DNA from: an uncultured Verrucomicrobiae bacterium
GTDB lineage: Bacteria; Verrucomicrobiota; Verrucomicrobiia; Chthoniobacterales; UBA10450
Direction: 5' to 3'
Assembly (NCBI GenBank): GCA_963834385.1
Contig: CAWIBO010000005.1
Span: forward strand, 748,415 to 812,414
Length of the DNA: 64,000 nt
Shown here: in pieces, positions 58,707 to 64,000 of the stretch
How positions within the stretch are numbered: position 1 is the first letter of the stretch
Layout of the letters: each line of letters opens with the position of its first letter
The notes under the pieces: model-generated
The model's input: the letters and a program-made list of their open reading frames with translations, nothing else
The model's database searches: none
Told to the model about the DNA's origin: nothing
Program-made: the position numbers and the translations under genes

Positions 58707-58781
58707 GGGACGACGGTAGCCGGTTTTTCAGCCGCTGGCCAGCGGCTGAAGCTTTAGGCTTTAAGTTTTAAGCTTTAAGTG

Positions 58782-58930
58782 GGCCGATCCGCTGAGGACA
58801 GCGGACGCTACAGGTTTCGAGCTAAAACTTAAGACTTAAGACTTAAAACTCCGGAGGGACGAGCTTCCGCTCGTCCAGGACCTGCGGAAGCAGGTCCCTC
58901 CGCCGACCTCCGACCTCCGACTCCGACACC
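58782..58930 (+). repeat. Composite element: GTAG-type hairpin, CTTAAGA heptamers, REP-like element, CCGACCT heptamers; near-identical copy at 61923-62068
   Basis: Minus strand GTAG-CGTCCGCTG-TCCT-CAGCGGA; copies compared by eye. Confidence 0.88.
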
Positions 58931-58970
58931 GATAACCGATACCGATACCGATAACCGCGCCGTCCCGGCG

Positions 58971-59255
58971 CTAAGAAACGGCCGCGGGCGTCGGTTCCGC
59001 CGAGGCTTCGGCGCCCTTTTTGCGGTTCTTCTTGATCAGGCTGCGGACGGTGTCCGAAGGCTGGGCGCCTTTGCTGATCCAATGCTCGGCCCGGTCGAGG
59101 TCGAGCTTGCTGTTGTCGCCCGGCTTTTTCGGATCGTAGGTCCCGATGATCTCGATGAATTTGCCGTCGCGCGGGCTGCGGCTGTCCGCCACCACCACCT
59201 TGTAATAGGGGCGGTTTTTCGCGCCTTCTCTGCGTAGTCTGATTGAAACTGCCAT
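58971..59255 (-). CDS. rpsP: 30S ribosomal protein S16
   Basis: [41 protein letters not shown]. Confidence 0.97.
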   Translation of the reverse strand: MAVSIRLRREGAKNRPYYKVVVADSRSPRDGKFIEIIGTYDPKKPGDNSKLDLDRAEHWISKGAQPSDTVRSLIKKNRKKGAEASAEPTPAAVS

Positions 59256-59257
59256 AC

Positions 59258-60577
59258 TTAGTTTTTCATTCGCGCCATTTGCGCCATCATTTTTTTCATC
59301 TTGCCCGCGTTCTTCATCATCTTGCGCATCTGGTTGAACCGCTGCAGCAAATCGTTCACTTCCGTGACCGTGCTGCCGCTGCCCCGCGCGATGCGTTGAC
59401 GGCGCCGCGCGTTCAAAATATCGGGCCGGGTGCGCTCTTCGCGCGTCATCGAAAGCACTATGGCTTCCGTGCGCTTGATCTGCCTTTCGTCCACGGAAAG
59501 GCCCGGCAAGTTACTCATCCCGGGCAGCATGCCAAGAATATTCTCCAGGGGGCCCATTTTCCGCATCATCCTGAACTGGGCCAGGAAATCGTTGAAATCG
59601 AAGGAGGCGGTCTTGAGCTTCTTCTCCAGGCGGGCGGCTTCCTCCTCGTCGATCGCCTCGGCCGCCTTCTCGACCAGACCCACAATGTCGCCCATTCCGA
59701 GAATCCGGCCCGCCAGGCGGTCCGGCACGAAAACCTCAAATTGGTCCAGCTTTTCGCCCACGCCGGCGAACTTGATCGGCCGCTGGGTCACCTCCCGCAT
59801 GGAGAGAGCCGCCCCGCCCCGGGCGTCACCATCGAGCTTGGTCAGGACGATCCCGGTAATGCCAAGCGCCTCGTGGAAATGGGTGGCCACGCTGACGGCC
59901 TGCTGGCCGGTGGCGGCATCGGCCACGAGCAGGACTTCCTGCGGCTGAAGAAATTCCTTCAGCTCTTTCAGTTCCTGGACAAGAGCCACGTCGATTTCCT
60001 GCCGGCCGGCAGTGTCGAAGATCTGGACATTGCCATTCTGCCCTTCCGCCCAGGCCAGCGCGGCTTTGGCCGAGCGTTTCACGTCCTTTTCCTCGGGCGG
60101 CGGCGTGTAAACCGGCACGTCCACCTGCCCAGCCAGGGTGGCCAGCTGCTGGATCGCGGCCGGTCGCTGCAAATCCGAGGCGATCAGGAGCGGCGCGCGC
60201 CCCTGCTTCTTCAGCAGGGCGGCGAGCTTGGCCGAGGAGGTGGTCTTGCCGGCGCCGTTGAGCCCGACCATGAGGATCCGGGCCGGTTTATCGAGGTTCA
60301 GCGGGGCGGCATCGGCCCCGAGCAGGCTGGTCAGCTCATCGTGAAAAATCTTCACCATCTGCTGGCCGGGGGTGACGCTCCGGAGCACCTCCTCGCCCAG
60401 CGCCTTTTCCTTCACCCGCCCGATAAAGGTTTTGGCCACCTGGTAATCGACGTCGGCCTCGAGCAGGGCCAGGCGCACCTGGCGGAGGGCGTCGTTGACG
60501 TTCTCCTCGCTGATGGTGCCGTGGCCCCGGAGGTCCTTGAAAATGTCCTGAAGTTTGTCGCCGAGCTGGGAAAACAT
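59258..60577 (-). CDS. ffh: Signal recognition particle protein
   Basis: [35 protein letters not shown], Met-rich M domain. Confidence 0.97.
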   Translation of the reverse strand: MFSQLGDKLQDIFKDLRGHGTISEENVNDALRQVRLALLEADVDYQVAKTFIGRVKEKALGEEVLRSVTPGQQMVKIFHDELTSLLGADAAPLNLDKPARILMVGLNGAGKTTSSAKLAALLKKQGRAPLLIASDLQRPAAIQQLATLAGQVDVPVYTPPPEEKDVKRSAKAALAWAEGQNGNVQIFDTAGRQEIDVALVQELKELKEFLQPQEVLLVADAATGQQAVSVATHFHEALGITGIVLTKLDGDARGGAALSMREVTQRPIKFAGVGEKLDQFEVFVPDRLAGRILGMGDIVGLVEKAAEAIDEEEAARLEKKLKTASFDFNDFLAQFRMMRKMGPLENILGMLPGMSNLPGLSVDERQIKRTEAIVLSMTREERTRPDILNARRRQRIARGSGSTVTEVNDLLQRFNQMRKMMKNAGKMKKMMAQMARMKN

Positions 60578-60899
60578 GGAGACCGGACGAGTAGCACGGA
60601 TGGAAGCGCGGTGCCACTCGGGCTGGTTCTGAGCTTTAGGTTTTAAGCTTTAAGTGGGGCCGGGTTCTGAGCTTTAAGCTTTAGGTTTTAAGCTTTAAGT
60701 CGGGGAGCGGGCAAGCCCGGTTACCGCTCTCCCGCCATTCGCCCGCTGTAGCGTGCGCCGTCACCGGCGCATCCCCTCCTGCTCCTGCTCCTAATCCTGA
60801 TCCTGCTCCTCTCCTGGAAAATTCCCAGATCGGCTGGGGACAGGGGCCCGTCTCGACTCTTGACGCCGGGATGGGTAATCGGTTAGCACTTCGAGACTT

Positions 60900-61679
60900 A
60901 TGAAAACCAAGCTGCTCGCGGTGGCGGTGTCTCTCGGTCTCATCTCGGGCCTTTGGGCCGGGGAAACCTACTCGGGAAAAGAAGTCCGCGAGACCACGTC
61001 GCCGGCCCTGCCGGACCCTTGTCCCGACTGGGCCGGATTCTATTTCGGCGGATTTGTCGGCTACAAGCATGGCGACATCGGGTCGGGCCTCGACCTGGGC
61101 GGCCTCTGGAGCGATACCGTGGCAGAATTCGTGGAGGACAACGCCCGGCAGGGCCTGGATGACGGCGGCTTCGAGATCGGCGGCCTGCTCGGTTACAATT
61201 TTCAGTGGAACCGCTGGGTGGTCGGGTTGGAGGCGACCGGGGCCTACATCTGGCTCGATGAATCGAGCTTTACCGGCAGGTTTACCGGCCCGGGCGGCTT
61301 TTATGAAGTCACCAGCTCACTCGAGAGCAACTATCTGTTCACCTTCGGGCCGCGTCTCGGACACGCCTTCTGCCGGTGGCTGCCCTACGTGACGGGCGGT
61401 CTCGCCGTCGGCAATCTCGACTTCGACCAGGAGTTCGTTTCCTCCGACTTCTTCGGGACGCTCGAGGAAGGCCGGAACGAAACCAACGCCGGATTCTTCG
61501 TCGGGGGCGGCTTGCAATACGCGATCGACGACCATTGGAGCGTGCGGGTCCAATATCAGTATGTCGACCTCGGCAAGGTCAAGTTCACCTACGACACCAT
61601 CAACAACGATTTGATCACCCAGGGGAAAGCCGACCTGACGGAACATAACGTCAGCCTGGCTGTGATTTACCAGTTCTGA
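60900..61679 (+). CDS. Outer-membrane beta-barrel protein (Omp25/RopB-like)
   Basis: Signal peptide, WAGFYFG, GYNFQ, LPYVTGGLA, WSVRVQYQYVDLG, C-terminal Phe. Confidence 0.87.
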   Translation: MKTKLLAVAVSLGLISGLWAGETYSGKEVRETTSPALPDPCPDWAGFYFGGFVGYKHGDIGSGLDLGGLWSDTVAEFVEDNARQGLDDGGFEIGGLLGYNFQWNRWVVGLEATGAYIWLDESSFTGRFTGPGGFYEVTSSLESNYLFTFGPRLGHAFCRWLPYVTGGLAVGNLDFDQEFVSSDFFGTLEEGRNETNAGFFVGGGLQYAIDDHWSVRVQYQYVDLGKVKFTYDTINNDLITQGKADLTEHNVSLAVIYQF

Positions 61680-62072
61680 GCGGACTAGCTGCGAAGCAGC
61701 GGAAGTTTTGAAGCTGGAAGCTGGGGAAGAAAAGTAAGAATTAGGAAGTAAGAAGGATGAAAGGGAGCGGACGCGGCGGAAGCAGGGCCTCGACCGCCGA
61801 CCTCCGATTTCCGGCATTCCGCCCTCCGCCACCTGATAACCGATAACCGATAACCGATGACCGCGCCGTCCCCGGCGCATCTTTCGGAGCGTGAATGGTG
61901 AATCGTAAGTGGTGAATGGAAAGCCGATCCGCTGAGGACAGCGGAGCGCTGCAGGGTCCGAGCTTAAAACTTAAGACTTAAGCTTAAAGCTCCGGAGGGA
62001 CGAGCTTCCGCTCGTCCAGGACCTGCGGAAGCAGGTCCCTCCGATCTCCGACCTCCGACCTCCGACTTCTGG

Positions 62073-62962
62073 CTAGACCGGCTCGGCCTCAGCCGAAACC
62101 AGGATCGCACCCGCCGGAGCGATGTCGTCAGGAGACGCCTCGATCGTGGCGCGCTGCTGCTCGGGCCAGACGACGCTCCAGGCCAGGCCCATTCTTTCGA
62201 GGGTCCAGATAATGTAACGGGTCAGGTCGAACTCCCACCATTTCTGGCCGTGCGCGGCGCAGCGCGGTTTGGCGTGATGGTTGTTATGGAACCCTTCGCC
62301 AAAGGCCATCAGGCCGACGAAATAGTTGTTCTTGCTGTGGTCCGAGGTCTCGAAGGTCCGGTAACCAAGGCTCGGCATGTGACAGATCGAGTTCACCGCC
62401 CAGGTCACGTTGTAGACAATCAGCATCGGGACGTAGAGGCACCAAAGCATGCCGGCGAGGCCAAGGGTGAGATAAAGGGTCGTCGCGACTGCGATATGCG
62501 GGAGCACGTAGAGATAGCTGCGTTCCCAAAGGCGGCAGTACCAGATCTTGCGCACGTCGCTCGCGTAACGCAGCGAACGTTCGCGGAAGCCGGCGGCTTG
62601 CGGATCAGCCACATCATGTGCGCGTAGGGGAAGCCGTGGATCGGGCTGTGGATATCCTCGTCCGTGTCGGACTTCAGATGATGATAACGATGGTCGCCCA
62701 CCCAGGTCACAGGATCGCCGGCGAGGGTCACGGCCGAGCCGGAGGCGAAGAAAAACTTGAGCCAACCCGGCATTTCAAAGCCGCGATGAGTCAGGTAACG
62801 ATGCAGATACAGCGTGGTGCTGATGCCGCCCCAGAAGTAGATGAAAATCATCAGCGGGAGGAAGCGCAGCTCGAAACGGGTCGAAAGCCCGATCAGGCCA
62901 AGGATCTGCAATCCGACGAGGATCGCGAAGAGCCAGAAATTAAGACGTTCGTGTTTAAACAT
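62073..62962 (-). CDS. Membrane fatty-acid (acyl-CoA delta-9-like) desaturase, frameshift near 62600
   Basis: His boxes HRYLTH, HRYHH, HNNHH; VNSICH; GEGF. Confidence 0.92.
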
Positions 62963-63220
62963 GCGGGGAGCAACGATGCGAAGCGAAGTGCAACCCGCTT
63001 CAGGATGAAAATGACAGCCGGGGAATGTGGACGCGGCCGCGGTAAACGGCAAGTTTTTATGCCGAAAGTATCAGCTCGGGGAGACGTGGCCTTGGGGGCT
63101 ATCCGGCTAGGGGCGGAACCCGGCAGATGTTGAGGATTTGAAGAACGGACGGCACCGCGTAATATCCTCCGCGCCCTCCCCAATCGAGATTCGAGAATCG
63201 CCTTCGAAAATTCATTCAGC

Positions 63221-64000
63221 ATGCACGCTCCCACGGAACTGATCATCGAAGCCGGCCACACTGAGCGGAATTACTGGCGCGACCTGTTCCGGTATCGCGA
63301 GCTGTTCTACTTCCTGGCCTGGCGCGACGTCCTGGTGCGCTACAAACAAACGGTCATCGGCGTCCTCTGGGCGGTGCTCCGGCCATTGCTGACCATGGTG
63401 GTCTTCACCTTCGTTTTCAGCCGGATCGCGAAGCTGCCGGCGGAAGGCATCCCTACCCCGTGATGGTTTTTTCCGCGATGCTGCCCTGGACACTCTTTCC
63501 ACTTCGCTGAGCGAAGGGAGCGGGAGCCTGATCAACAACGCCAACCTCATCTCCAAGGTCTATTTCCCGCGCCTGATCGTGCCGGCGAGCGCGGTCATCG
63601 TTTCGTTTGTCGATTTCGCCATTTCCATGGTGCTGCTCTTCATCCTGATGCTGATCTACGGCGTAGGGGTGAGCCCGCATTGCTCATGCTGCCGGTTTTC
63701 ACCGTGATCGCGCTCCTGGCATCGGCCGGCGCGGCACCTGGCTAGCGGCCTTGAACGTGAAGTATCGCGACTTCCGGTATGTCGTGCCGTTTATCGTTCA
63801 GTTCGGACTCTACATTTCGCCGGTCGGGTTCAGCAGCAGCATTGTCCCGGAGAAATACCAGACGCTCTACGCGCTCAACCCGATGGTGGGCGTGATCGAC
63901 GGGTTTCGCTGGTCGATCAGCGGCGGGGCCACCGCGTTCCCATCACAAAGCCTGCTCCTCTCCGGCATCACCATCGCCTTCCTCCTCGTCACGGGGATCT
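63221..64000 (+). CDS. Polysaccharide ABC transporter permease (Wzm/TagG-like), frameshifted, 3' partial
   Basis: YRELFYFLAWRDVLVRYKQTVIGVLWA, LISKVYFPR, LNVKYRDFRY, LNPMVGVIDGFRW. Confidence 0.92.

Overview
GC-rich bacterial chromosomal window. Gene content and protein style suggest Verrucomicrobiota (Chthoniobacterales-like), but this is inference only. The sequence looks like an unpolished long-read assembly: many genes, including clpB and an RNA helicase, carry 1-bp frameshifts, so reading-frame claims are provisional. Left to right it contains: the metH 3' end, tRNA-Glu(CTC), a ~42 kb Wzx/Wzy-type surface polysaccharide locus (OM beta-barrel, wza, wzc, O-antigen-ligase-like gene, priming sugar transferase, many glycosyl- and methyltransferases, asnB-type amidotransferase, GMC oxidoreductase plus aldo/keto reductase, flippase, carbamoyltransferase, two WecB/TagA genes), a DEAD-box helicase, hicBA and higBA, clpB, an MFS-to-FabF cluster, ffh-rpsP-khpA-trmD, an OMP, a fatty-acid desaturase and a Wzm-like permease. 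The most unusual signal is a modular repeat system of 5-9-mer tandem repeats plus short hairpins. It (i) fills intergenic gaps starting right at stop codons, (ii) encloses two four-helix-bundle genes in inverted repeats and TA-like cassettes in direct repeats, (iii) is inserted inside coding loops, and (iv) accompanies stacks of alternative, synonymously diverged gene 3' ends (three spare C-termini behind the carbamoyltransferase, one or two behind a GT2). No integrase, transposase or reverse transcriptase is visible in the window.
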